Source of the DNA: Amphiscolops sp. MND2022
Taxonomy: Eukaryota
NCBI GenBank assembly: GCA_964187785.1
Contig: OZ076414.1
Location: 20,398,001-20,462,000 of the forward strand
Reading direction: 5' to 3'
Length of the DNA: 64,000 bases
Position 1 is the first letter of the stretch, and each line of letters opens with the position of its first letter. The position numbers and the translations under genes are program-made. Below, one piece after another: positions 39,701 through 53,221 of the stretch. The notes under the pieces were generated by a model, which saw only the letters and a program-made list of their open reading frames with translations, was not told the DNA's origin and made no database searches.

Positions 39701-42700
39701 TGGTCAGGGAACGGGTGAGGGGCTCCAAACTCGAGAACGACTACAACTGAAACAAGGGCCGAATTACAATAGAAACCCCGCGCACAGTCACGCTACAAGA
39801 ACACAACAAACGGAAGACAACAACATACAGTAAAAGGGAGATAGCGAAAGCAAAAGAGCAAGAAGACATGAGAAAAGCAAAACAGCCACTTCACAGTGAA
39901 AAGCAGAAAACCACAAAAGTGAACAAGACAGCAGAGAACAAGCAACCAACGAAACAAAAACTAAAGAGAAATCCATCAGAATTCAAACGCTTAGCAAAAT
40001 GGCAACATTTGCTACAGGAGTCAGAACATGAGGAACCAACAAAAGAAAAGAACCCATAAAAGCGACGGTGACACGGGAGAAAGAGAAGATGAAAACAGAA
40101 CCAGAAGAAGGAAATGAACAAGAACAAAGCACTTTGACTATAGAGAGACCACAAATAATCCGAAATGCACCAAATACACAATAAGATAACACTACCAGTT
40201 AACATTATAGACCATTTCATAATGGGTCGAACCAGTTTGCCAAAAGGTCTAAACGGAAATAGAGTGTTGCTTCTCCTTCTTTTCTAAAGAACCCAGAACA
40301 ATCTTCCTAGCCGAATTATCAAACTGTCGCAACACTATAACATGGCGCTGCGCAGCGAATCCACGGGCATGAACCAACCATCAGCAATTGCAGTATTCCC
40401 CAATTATTGGGCGGACGCTTCCAAACCACCACAATTAGAGTGGGAAAAATGAATTGATCTTTTCGAAGTCGCACTAATGTCGAAAAATAACTTTTCAATT
40501 ACAGAATTAACAAAAACGACAGAAGTCAAAGAAAAAAGTTTGATGGATGATATTGAAGAGCCCACCGCCACAAAGAAGGCCATCAGTGTACTATTTCTTG
40601 TTCTGGGAATGGCAGCCAGAAAAACAATTGCAAATATGTTTCCAAACACAAATATTGCGAGAATATCCCTGACAGATCTGTTGAAAAACTGTAAAGACTG
40701 CTTTGAGAAGCCCAAAAATGAGACATTAGATCGATACAAAATTCTGAGCCGCAAACAACATGAAGGTGAAACATTAAGACAGTTCTAGAACAAACTGAAC
40801 GGACTCGCCGCAAAATGCAGTTTCGGAGGAATTACGGAAATCCTTCTGGAAGATGTATTTATTGTGAATATGACGAATAAAAAGGTACAGCAAAAAATGT
40901 GCACTGAGCTCAAAACAACTGTACAAGAAAATACTGAGTTTGTAATTGCTTACGAAGAAGGCACTATACGGCAAAAAACGTTCGACAAATTGGAGAAGAT
41001 GAATGTAAAATCAGAAGTAGGCGAAAAAAATAACGTAAACCAAAGTGCAAATAAAAGATGGGGACCCACCAAGAAATGCTTCAGTTGCGAAGCTCCATTT
41101 GCAACACAACATTTAAAAGAATGCGAGGCGATGGGAATAACTTGCATGAAATGTGGAAAAAAGGGCCACTTTGCGAAGTGTTGCCAAACCAAAGGAGCAT
41201 GAAACTTTGCAAAAAGCCGAAAGTCATGAGACCCCTACATCAGCAAATTCAGAGAATCGATGATTGGGATGAAAGTAGCAACGATTCCACAACCAAAGAA
41301 GATAAACTGGTGTTGACAATAGAAGGAGACGAAAATGGGCAGTTCACGGTGTCAGGCACTATGAACGGAAACTCATTCAAAACAATGGAAGACTCGGGGT
41401 CACCCGTCACAATAATTGAAAGAGACGAAATAATGAAGATAATGCAGAGGAAAACCCTATTCATATGCGAACTACCGGAAGGCGAAGATTATATAGACTT
41501 CAATAAACGAAAACTGAATCTATTGGAATCTATTGTATTCTGTCAACTAGACGTGGAGAAGAGCAAATTACAGAAGGCAAGAATATTGGTTGCAGCAAAG
41601 AGAGCAAAGTCATTGACTGGACGCGATTGGCTAACTGCCTTCAACTACCAATTTGTCTCGCCCATTCTGAACGAAGGCACAAACGCTATTTATAAAGTTA
41701 CTACAAACTACTAACTACAAAGAAAAACAAATAAAACAAATAAGGCGGGTAAACAAACTGAATTAAATGAGAACAAGAATATTAACTAATACATAAAAGT
41801 ACAGAAAGAATTTAAAGAATTGTTTGAACGACCAGGAAAATTGATCGGACACGATGTAAAAATCGAGTTCAAAACAAACGCAAAAATAACACAACAAAAA
41901 GGCAGAAGAGTGCCTATTCAATTACAAGAGGCAGTAGAGGCAGAAATTAATAGACTACTAGAAGAGAGCCACATAAAACGAATTACGGAAGTAACCGATA
42001 GGGAATTCATACAACCGGTGGTAATCTCCGTGAAAAGAGACAAAAGTGTGAAAATAGAACTTGACGCGAGAGCTTTATTTAACGAGATTATTAAAGACAA
42101 ATACCAAATGCCAAATTTTGAGCACTTAGTTGATATGGTGGCCGAACAGCTAGATAAAGAAGGAAACGAACCATCCTTCTGCATGTCACTCGAAATGCAC
42201 TATGCATATGGACAAGTCCAATTAGATAAAGAAACGGCTAAACATTGCAACTTTCAAATAGCCGGTGAGAAAGCCACCAGAACATACCGTTTCATTACCG
42301 GAATCTACGGATTAACGGTAATGCAAACCGAATTCCAAAAAGCTATGGACATGGAACTATCAAATATACCCAACACGTATGTATTCCTTGACGATATCAT
42401 GATAGTAACTAAAGGAAATCAAGAAACCCATTACAAAGCAGAACGGAAAATACCAACAAAGTTAAATGAGGCAAATATCAGACTAAAGTGGGAAAAATGC
42501 AAACTTGCACAAAGTGAAATCGAGAGGTTAGGGTATAAGTTAACACAAACTGGAATCCAACCAATAAATACAAAAATACAGGCCGTAACAGATAAATTAA
42601 AACCAAAAGGGTTAAAAGAGTTGCGATCTTATCTAGGGGCAGTAAACCAATTAAACAGGTTTATTCCAAATTTAGACAAACTATGTTTCCCATTACGACT

Positions 42701-45700
42701 ACCATTGAAATAAGACAATCCATGGAAATGGAACGAAACACACGAAAAATCATTCAATGAGATTGAAAAAAGTATGAACAAAAAAAACTGAATATAGGCC
42801 ATTTTAAAAGAAGCAACCCAATCCGGATTATTTGTGACGCTAGTAAATCTGGACCTGGAGCAGTATTACAGCAACAAGATGATATAGGCTGGCGACCAAT
42901 CCACTTCGCATCAAGGTTCCTAACAACTTTGGAAGAAAAATATTCAATATACGAACTTGAATTGTTGGCCGTTGTCGGGTCAGTGGAACACTTCAAATAT
43001 TACTGATATAGCATTAAATTTCAAATAGTGTCGGACCACGAAGCGTTAGCAGAAGTTTTGAAGGGAAACAAAAACAACAAAACAAATTCAAGCCGATTAA
43101 CACGCTGGGTAGACCGCCTGCTACCGTTTGAATTTGAAATATTCCATGCACCTGGAAGAACAATTGGGTTCGCAGACTACTTGTCCAGACACCCTTCACA
43201 AATACACGGAGAAAGTAAAAAGGCAGACGAGTTGTGGAATAACTGGTTCAAAGTGAACCATAAAAAAAATGTAATTAGCGTTTTAGCAAAAGAAGTAAAC
43301 GAACCAATCAGAGGGCGTAGACGACAAAAATTACAAGGCGACGATGAACGCAGCAAAATTACACAACTGCCACATTTATGTGAACAAACAGAACGCAAGC
43401 ATTTTGCAAAGATTGGACAGGGCAGCTCTACAAACGCTTTAACAGGTGCTGCACACTCCGCTCGATATTTAATCCAAAGCTAGAACTAGCAAATAAAATT
43501 GGTGAAAACATGTTAGCCTCAAGCTATCAGGATAGCGAAAACCTACAAAAAATTATTGTCGTGATGAAAAACCCAACAAAAGGGAAAATTATAGCGCTAG
43601 ACAGTCCATGGCGAGAAAGATTCTCGTTCCCTTCATTAGACAAAAACAACTTTCTATATCTTGATGACCGCTTAGTAATCCCAAAATTACTCCAATGCCC
43701 CATTAAAATCCCCTTACACTGGGGACACCCAGGTCGGGACCAAATGCTCCGACGAATTGCTGACTTTTGGTGGCCAAAAATCCATCGGGACATCGTCCTA
43801 CTTACAAAGACCTGTAAAAAATGCCAAGAATCCGGTAAGTCAATAAAACCTATATTAAAACAAAAACAATTTGGCAAGTTACCTACCTCAAATAAAACAA
43901 ATGAAGAAATTGCTATAGACTTCGCAAGCCCTTTCAAAGTCGCAAATAGCTCCAAAAAGTATTTAATTGTGTCAAGAGACTGTAAGACCGGCTTGCCAGA
44001 TGCAAAATTACTTCGAACCCCAACAACTAACAAAGTAATTGAATTCCTAACTAATTATATAGCAAACAACAACAGCATTCCACGACAAATAAGAACGGAC
44101 CCGGGGACAGCCTTCACCAGCAAGAAGTTTAAAGAAATATTTTATAAAACATATAACCTACCCCATAACAGACCACAGGGGAAATGGAAAAGTCGAGAGG
44201 CTTATCAGAACAATAACCGAAATACCTAGGACCAATAAAAGAATAGTACTACAAAAGGGTAACACCGAATTATCCGAATTTTTATATACACTTAGAAGTA
44301 CACCAAAAGTAAATAAAATAACACCCGCCGAACTACAACTTGGGCGAAAAGTGACTACTGTAAAAGATATAATTACCACCAAACCTCAAACAATCTACAC
44401 TGTTTCAGAACTGGACGACAAACTGGAATTGGAAATGAGCGATTTTCAGGCAGACCAAGACTCAGAAATCCTGGTCAGGGAACGGGTGAGGGAATCCAAA
44501 CTCGAGAACGACTACAACTGAAACAAGGGCCGAATTACAATAGAAACCCCGCGCACAGTCACGCTACAAGAACACAACAAACGGAAGACAACAACATACA
44601 GTAAAAGGGAGATAGAGAAAGCAAAAGAGCAAGAAGACATGAGAAAAGCAAAACAGCCACTTCACAGTGAAAAGCAGAAAACCACAAAAGTGAACAAGAC
44701 AGCAGAGAACAAGCAACCAACGAAACAAAAACTAAAGAGAAATCCATCAAAATTCAAACGCTTAGCAAAATGGCAACATTTGCTACAGGAGTCAGAACAT
44801 GAGGAACCAATCAAAAGAAAAGAACCCATAAAAGCGACGGTGACACGGGAGAAAGAGAAGATGAAAACAGAACCAGAAGAAGGAAATGAACAAGAACAAA
44901 GCAGTTCGACTATAGAGAGACCACAAATAATCCGAAATGCACCAAATACACAATAAGATAACACTACCAGTTAACATTATAGACCATTTCATAATGGGTC
45001 GAACCAGTTTGCCAAAAGGTCTAAACGGAAATAGAGTGTTGCTTCTCCTTCTTTTCTAAAGAACCCAGAACAATCTTCCTAGCCGAATTATCAAACTGTC
45101 GCAACACTATAACATGGCGCTGCGCAGCGAATCCACGGGCATGAACCAACCATCAGCAATTGCAGTATTCCCCAATTATTGGGCGGACGCTTCCAAACCA
45201 CCACAATTAGAGTGAGAAAAATGGATTGATCTTTTCGAAGTCTCACTAATGTCGAAAAGTAACTTTTCAATTACAGAATTAACAAAAACGACAGAAGTCA
45301 AAGAAAAAAGTTTGATGGATGATATTGAAGAGCCCACCGCCACAAAGAAGGCCATCAGTGTACTATTTCTTGCTCTGGGAATGGCAGCCAGAAAAACAAT
45401 TGCAAATATGTTTCCAAACACAAATATTGCGAGAATATCCCTGACAGATCTGTTGAAAAACTGTAAAGACTGCTTTGAGAAGCCCAAAAATGAGACATTA
45501 GATCGATACAAAATTCTGAGCCGCAAACAACATGAAGGTGAAACATTAAAACAGTTCTGGAACAAACTGAACGGACTCGCCGCAAAATGCAGTTTCGGAG
45601 GAATTACGGAAATCCTTCTGGAAGATGTATTTATTGTGAATATGACGAATAAAGAGGTACAGCAAAAATTGTGCACTGAGCTCGAAACAACTGTACAAGA

Positions 45701-48700
45701 AAATACTGAGTTTGTAATTGCTTACGAAGAAGGCACTATACGGCAAAAATCGTTCGACAAATTGGAGAAGATGAATGTAAAATCAGAAGTAGGCGAAAAA
45801 AATAACGTAAACCAAAGTGCAAATAAAAGATGGGGACCCACCAAGAAATGCTTCAGTTGCGAAGCTCCATTTGCAACACAACATTTAAAAGAATGCGAGG
45901 CGATGGGAATAACTTGCATGAAATGTGGAAAAAAGGGCCACTTTGCGAAGTGTTGCCAAACCAAAGGAGCATGAAACTTTGCAAAAAGCCGAAAGTCATG
46001 AGACCCCTACATCAGCAAATTCAGAGAATCGATGATTGGGATGAAAGTAGCAACGATTCCACAACCAAAGAAGATAAACTGGTGTTGACAATAGAAGGAG
46101 ACGAAAATGGGCAGTTCACGGTGTCAGGCACTATGAACGGAAACTCATTCAAAACAATGGAAGACTCGGGGTCACCCGTCACATTATTTGAAAGAGACGA
46201 AATAAAGAAGATAATGCAGAGGAAAACCCTATTCATATGCGAACTACCGGAAGGCGAAGATTATATAGACTTCAATAAACGAAAATTGAATCCATTGGAA
46301 TCTATTGTATTCTGTCAACTAGACGTGGAGAAGAGCAAATTACAGAAGGCAAGAATATTGGTTGCAGCAAAGGGAGCAAAGTCATTGACTGGACGCGATT
46401 GGCTAACTGCCTTCAACTACCAATTTGTCTCGCCCATTCTGAACGAAGGCACAAACGCTATTTAGAAAGTTACTACAAACTACTCACTACAAAGAAAAAC
46501 AAATAAAACAAATAAGGCGGGTAAACAAACTGAATTAAATGAGAACAAGAATATTAACTAATACATAAAACTACAGAAAGAATTTAAAGAATTGTTTGAA
46601 CGACCAGGAAAATTGATCGGACACGATGTAAAAATCGAGTTCAAAACAAACGCAAAAATAACACAACAAAAAGGCAGAAGAGTGCCTATTCAATTACAAG
46701 AGGCAGTAGAGGCAGAAATTAATAGACTACTAGAAGAGGGCCACATAAAACGAATTACCGAAGTAACCGATAGGGAATTCATACAACCTTTGGTAATCTC
46801 CGTGAAAAGAGACAAAAGTGTGAAAATAGAACTTGACGCGAGAGCATTAAATAACGAGATTATTAAAGACAAATACCAAATGCCAAATTTTGAGCACTTA
46901 GTTGATATGGTGGCCGAACAGCTAGATAAAGAAGGAAACGAACCAGCCTTCTACATGTCACTCGAAATGCACTATGCATATGGACAAGTCCAATTAGATA
47001 AAGAAACGGCTAAACATTGCAACTTTCAAATAGCCGGTGAGAAAGCCACCAGAACATACCGTTTCATTACCGGAATCTACGGATTAACGGTAATGCAAAC
47101 CGAATTCCAAAAAGCTATGGACATGGAACTATCAAATATACCCAACACGTATGTATTCCTTGACGATATCATGATAGTAACTAAAGGAAATCAAGAAACC
47201 CATTACAAAGCAGAACGGAAAATACCAACAAAGTTAAATGAGGCAAATATCAGACTAAAGTGGGAAAAATGCAAACTTGCACAAAGTGAAATCGAGAGGT
47301 TAGGGTATAAGTTAACACAAACTGGAATCCAACCAATAAATACAAAAATACAGGCCGTAACAGATAAATCAAAACCAAAAGGGTTAAAAGAGTTGCGATC
47401 TTATCTAGGGGCAGTAAACCAATTAAACAGGTTTATTCCAAATTTAGACAAACTATGTTTCCCATTACGACTACCATTGAAATAAGACAATCCATGGAAA
47501 TGGAACGAAACACACGAAAAATCATTCAATGAGATAAAAAAAGTATGAACAAAAAGTAACTGAATATAGGCCATTTTAAAAGAAGCAGCTCAATCCGGAT
47601 TATTTGTGACGCTAGTAAATCTGGACTTGGAGCAGTATTACAGCAACAAGATGAATTAGTCTGGCGACCAATCCACTTCGCATCAAGGTTCCTAACAGCT
47701 TTGGAAGAAAAATATTCAATATACGAACTTGAATTGTTGGCCGTTGTCGGGTCAGTGGAAAACTTCAAATATTACTGATATAGCATTAAATTTCAAATAG
47801 TGTCGGACCACGAAGCGTTAGCAGAAGTTTTGAAAGGAAACAAAAACAACAAAACAAATTCAAGCCGATTAACACGCTGGGTAGACCGCCTGCTACCGTT
47901 TAAATTTGAAATATTCCATGCACCAGGAAGAACAATTGGGTTCGCAGACTACTTGTCCAGACACCCTTCACAAATACACGGAGAAAGTAAAAAGGCAGAC
48001 GAGTTGTGGAATAACTGGTTCAAAGTGAACCATGTAAAAAAATGTAATTAGCGTTTTAGCAAAAGAAGTAAACGAACCAATCAGAGGGCGTAGACGGCAA
48101 AAATTACAAGGCGACGATGAACGCAGCAAAATTACACAACTGCCACATTTATGTGAACGAACAGAACGCAAGCATTTTGCAACGATGGGACAGAGCAGCT
48201 CTACAAACGCTTTAACAGGTACTGCACACTCCGCTCGATATTTAATCCAAAGCTAGAACTAGCAAATAAAATTGGTGAAAACATGTTAGCCTCAAGCTAT
48301 CAGGATAGCGAAAACCTACAAAAAATTATTGTCGTGATGAAAAACCCAACAAAAGGGAAAATTATAGCTAAACAGTCCATGGCGAGAAAGATTCTCGTTC
48401 CCTTCATTAGACATAAACAACTTTCTATATCTTGATGACCGCTTAGTAATCCCAAAATTACTCCAATGCCCCATTAAAATCCCCTTACACTGGGAACACC
48501 CAGGTCGGGACCAAATGCTCCGACAATTTGCTGACTTTTGGTGGCCAAAAATCCATCGGGACATCGTCCTACTTACAAAGACCTGTAAAAAATGCCAAGA
48601 ATCCGGTAAGTCAATAAAACCTATATTAAAACAAAAACAATTTGGAAAGTTACCTACCTCAAATAAAACAAATGAAGAAATTGCTATAGACTTCGCAAGC

Positions 48701-49909
48701 CCTTTCAAAGTCGCAAATAGCTCCAAAATGTATTTAATTGTGTCAAGAGACTGTAAGACCGGCTTGCCAGATGCAAAATTACTTCGAACCCCAACAACTA
48801 ACAAAGTAATTGAATTCCTAACTAATTATATAGCAAACAACAACAGCATTCCACGACAAATAAGAACGGACCCGGGGACAGCCTTCACCAGCAAGAAGTT
48901 TGAGGAAATATTTTATAAAACATATAACCTACCCCATAACAGACCACAGGGGAAATGGAAATTCGAGAGGCTTATCAGAACAATAACCGAAATACTTAGG
49001 ACCAATAAAAGAATAGTACTACAAAAGGGTAACACCGAATTATCCGAAGTATTATATACACTTAGAAGTACACCAAAAGTAAATAAAATAACACCCGCCG
49101 AACTACAACTTGGGCGAAAAGTGACTACTGTAAAAGATATAATTACCACCAAACCTCAAACAATCTACACTGTTTCAGAACTGGACGACAAACTGGAATT
49201 GGAAATGAGCGATTTTCAGGCAGACCAAGACTCAGAAATCCTGGTCAGGGAACGGGTGAGGGAATCCAAACTCGAGAACGACTACAACTGAAACAAGGGC
49301 CGAATTACAATAGAAACCCCGCGCACAGTCACGCTACAAGAACACAACAAACGGAAGACAACAACATACAGTAAAAGGGAGATAGCGAAAGCAAAAGAGC
49401 AAGGAGACATGAGAAAAGCAAAACAGCCACTTCACAGTGAAAAGCAGAAAACCACAAAAGTGAACAAGAGAGCAGAGAACAAGCAACCAACGAAACAAAA
49501 ACTAAAGAGAAATCCATCAGAATTCAAACGCTTAGCAAAATGGCAACATTTGCTACAGGAGTCAGAACATGAGGAACCAATCAAAAGAAAAGAACCCATA
49601 AAAGCGACGGTGACACGGGAGAAAGAGAAGATGAAAACAGAACCAGAAGAAGGAAATGAACAAGAACAAAGCAGTTCGACTCTAGAGAGACCACAAATAA
49701 TCCGAAATGCACCAAACTACTATGGCAACCTCATAATGACATGCAGAATGAATAAAGACGAAAAAGACAAACCAGAAAAAATCACCATCTTTAGTGACGA
49801 CAATTATAGATGAAACACCACAACACAGAATACACAATAACCTAAACAGTAGTCCAACTCTTTTTCAGTTTACCCTAACCCACGCCGAGCTTGCCCGAAA
49901 AAGGGGGAA

Positions 49910-50221
49910 TGTGACAGGGCTCAAACAAACTGTAAATGTGAAAAAAAAGAAGCTAAAAAAGTACTTAATTAAATAGAACATTCTGATTGACAAACTAAAC
50001 TTACTTGATTGATTGATACAAACTGTACAACTAATAGTTATTGTTATTATTAGTACACAATGAGATAACAGGGCCAGTTAACAATATAGACCATTTCAAA
50101 ATGGGTCGAACCAGTTTGTCAAAAGGTCTAATCAGAAAAAGAGTATTGCTTCTCCTTCTGTTCTAAAGAACCCAGAACAATCTTCTTAGCCGAATTATCA
50201 AACTGTCGCAACACTATAACA
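49910..50221 (+). repeat. Gypsy 3' LTR
   Basis: TG...CA, 312 bp, preceded by the polypurine tract; roughly 89% identical to the 5' LTR by eye. Confidence 0.92.
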
Positions 50222-50420
50222 CCATGTCTCCGAAAAATGTTCAAAAACGCTGCACCAAATAGATCAGTAGTGATTTGAAGAGTAATTACAAGCAATTGCA
50301 ACTGAAAGATCGATTGTTCCCATTATCCATCTACTCAAAGCTACAAGATATCCTATTCCTGACAGATATACAAATTTATTCTTCAAATCCCTTTTGATGC
50401 GCCATACTTTGCACAATTTC
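50222..50420 (+). mobile_element. Continuation of the 28.2-30.5 kb CR1-type LINE beyond the Gypsy insertion
   Basis: NVQKRCTK*ISSDLKSNYKQL...LQDILFL continues the peptide VCWFDNVSNSK that precedes the 5' LTR. Confidence 0.65.
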
Positions 50421-50429
50421 GTCAGTCAG

Positions 50430-52036
50430 GCTTTTTGACCATTTTGATCTTCTCTACTTCTGATTTTCACTGTTTTTGGGTGTTAGGTTTTTTGTTGCGT
50501 CTACAAATTTAATTAAATTTTTCATCCAATCTTTATCATTGGTCTCTCATATGCTGTGTCTCCTGCATTCAAAAAGAAAGTGTCTCGATGTTTCTTCGAC
50601 TTTTTGGCCTTGACAATTTAGAGAAGGCACTAGACTGCACTGATTGGCGAAATTTGCAAAGTCTATGCATCTGTCCAGGAGAGTTTTTTGTATGGTTTTC
50701 TGCATCTCTAGAGGACAAGACATAGGCATAGCGATGGAAGAAATTTTCACTTGCTTCACTTGCACTGGTATCAAGGCATTGTGTTCAGAGTTTTTAATTC
50801 TGCGGTTCCACTTGAACTCGATGTACTTGATCACATCTGCTCTGCTATAGTCTTTTCTTTCACTATGCGTGATCTTTTCGAATTCGTTCGTTATTGTAAT
50901 GTCTTGTTTGATTTTTTTGTCAAGTGTTTCTAGTGTGCATCTCCTTAAATCGTCTTTCGATTTCATCAATTTTGCAGAATCTAGCTGTTATCGTCTCGCA
51001 ACGTAAAGCTATTGGCGGTGTTCCTGTAATAATTTCCGTCACGCTGTTGTTGCTAGATGTGGTTACTCCCAGTGCTTGCTTGATTGTCTTGTTGATTGCG
51101 CTATTCAGGGTATTAAGGTTTCTTAGTGCCCATATGGAGGCTGCATACAAAACTTTTGGAATTAAAACCTGATTGAAAAGCCTGATTAGCGTTTGCGGAC
51201 TCAACCCCCACTTCTGTCCTACAAGTTTATCCAGTGTCTGGAAATAAAACAAGGCTCGTCCCTTCATAACATTTGCATGTGATTTGATTGGCAGCTTGGA
51301 GTCAAATGTTACACCAAGTATTTTACAGCTTTCCAAAATTTTCACAGCTTCAGTTCCGATCTTGTGAGATTTTATGAAGGTAGCATCTACGTTAATTGGC
51401 ACTAGTACCGTTTTGTCCACATTCATTTTAAATCTCCAATTCGTGCACCAATGAAAAAACTTCAGAAGGGCTGCTTCTGTTCTTTGGTGTACTTCTGTCG
51501 TTGAACTTGCGCTTATCAGGAGATTTCCATCATCTGCGAATTTGAACTTAACGGCATCGATTTCAATAAAACATTTCTGAGACAAAGATTATAAACAGAA
51601 GTGGTGATAGGTTCCGCTCTTTGTGGAACTCCGTTATCTGTCTTGAATTCGTCGCTCTGATATTCTCCAATTTCCACATATAATTGACGATTTCTGAGGA
51701 AGCTTTCAGTCAGACCTAATATGTTGCCTGATTGAGCTTCAATAGTAAGCCATTTATCCAGACTGAGTCGAAAGCTTTCTCCAGATCTCCAGAGTAGAAG
51801 CATGTACAGATGTCGTACAGTACTTTTTTGTTTTCGAACTCCCTCTTGTTCCTTGTCGAGAATTCCTTCGTGTTCAGCGAGAGCTCTAATTCTGGATTCC
51901 AGTAACCGTTCAAGAGTTTTCCAACGTAGCTGGAAACTGTGATTGGTCGGTATAATGATGGAGTGTAGTAGTTTGATTTTCCTGACAAAATGTATGATTG
52001 GTAGACTTGATTACACTTTTGAACAATATCTTTGTT
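50430..52036 (-). mobile_element. 5'-truncated non-LTR retrotransposon (I/Jockey-group-like), RT plus C-terminal zinc knuckle, frameshifted
   Basis: YRPITVSSYVGKLL, DLEKAFDSVW, GVPQ, KFADD, and C-terminal CQGQKVEETSRHFLFEC. Confidence 0.85.
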
Positions 52037-52046
52037 TCAGAGATCA

Positions 52047-52544
52047 GAGTGTACGCCTTTGATCTAATTGCTTGGGTCTAATGGAATTAGATCTAACTGT
52101 TAGGTCTAACTTTCAGATCTAATTTTATCTAAAATACTTAGGTCTAACCCCTTAATTATCTAATATGTGTTCTGAAAGCGAAAATATAATAGGCATATGC
52201 GATGTATGCACGCTCGCCCTCACCGTCGCAAAGACCAGCTCCAACTACGATCGCTTCGCGATCTCCGTTCCCGCTAGGTCTTTGCTCCTGTTCGACCTCG
52301 CTTAGCAAGATGGGGATATAAACGGCCCCAAGGGGCCGCGGGGCACTAGAGGAAATGGGGACATATCCGAGGCACGTTTTATACTTTATATGACTTTTTA
52401 ATTTTAGATCCTAATTGACTTTTTTTCTCAAATTAGATCAAATTAGAAGAGATTTTTAGACCTGATTATTTAAATCAAATTATTTAGATCTCAGTTTTGC
52501 CCCCTCTCTTAGATCTATTTCAATAGACCTGATTCCACGTAGCC
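52047..52544. mobile_element. MULE-like MITE with TTAGATCTAA subterminal repeats, carrying the GC-rich cassette
   Basis: 10-bp direct repeat TCAGAGATCA at 52037-52046 and 52545-52554; inverted arrays of AGATCTAA/TTAGATC. Confidence 0.75.
52193..52380 (+). repeat. GC-rich structured cassette, most complete copy (~190 bp)
   Basis: GGCATATGCGA...GATCGCTTCGCGATC...CGGCCCCAAGGGGCCG...GGACATATCCGAGGCACG. Confidence 0.85.
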
Positions 52545-53221
52545 TCAGAGATCATCCTCGTCCATTAAGATCAGATAATTTGAACACAGAAAACCACGTG
52601 CGACAATCTGTAAACATAGTTTCTTTACCCGGACGATGTCTCTAATCATACGACTACCTAGAAACTTGAATTTTGAAGATCCTCAAGGTCTGAAAGAACG
52701 ACGTTTGAAATACCCCCGGGCGTATTTCGAGAACAACTAGAATGAATTTGTTAGTGACACCTGGAAATAATAGCGGTATCCACAGCATCTTTTGACTGGG
52801 GAGTTTCTGACGTCTAACAGTGGAAGGACGAATCCATAATAGTACTATTACTAATACAGTCCTAGAAGTCTACAACCGAAATCTTTGTTCGAACAATAAT
52901 TATTTCTCCTCACGCAATATTGGATAATATGTATAATATATTTGTTAGTCAGCAACAAATATATTTTTTGAAAATTTGAATACATTGTTTTACGTCCCCG
53001 TTCCCACTCGCCCTAGTGGGGTTTCGCATTGGTGAGACCAGTATTTCTGCCATAGTTCTTCATATCGTTCAATTTCAGTCCATTGTACGAGAGCGTTGGT
53101 CGTGCATTTCATTTATTTCGATGCGATCTCGATGTGAATTTCCACGGTATTAAAGATCAGAGGCCTGTGTTGTAGGAGCTGTGAGCGACAGAGATGCGTT
53201 CGAAGAAATTTATTACATATA

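Larger units (their letters stand above)
30486..50221 (+). mobile_element. Ty3/Gypsy LTR retrotransposon (two-knuckle gag, Mag-like), dead, internally amplified to four tandem units
   Basis: Full LTRs TGTGACAGGG...CTATAACA at 30486-30796 and 49910-50221; PBS TGGCGCTGCG; PPT AAAAAGGGGGAA. Gag CHC knuckles, protease DSGS, RT VFLDDI, RNase H CDASKSGLG and integrase IDFASPF occur in each unit. Junctions at 35403, 40175 and 44947. Confidence 0.97.

Noticed and set aside
35403-44947. Array formed by tandem retrotransposition with shared LTRs
   Set aside because: Internal junctions lack the PPT and the first ~143 bp of the LTR, and all units share inactivating mutations.
30858-49517. Recurrent minus-strand ORFs (60-169 aa) in each Gypsy unit
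   Set aside because: They are antisense shadows of A-rich gag/pol sequence, and they recur only because the unit is duplicated.
30481-50226. A perfect TSD for the Gypsy element
   Set aside because: Flanks GCAAG and CCATG match at only 3 of 5 positions. Single insertion is inferred from colinear CR1 flanks instead.
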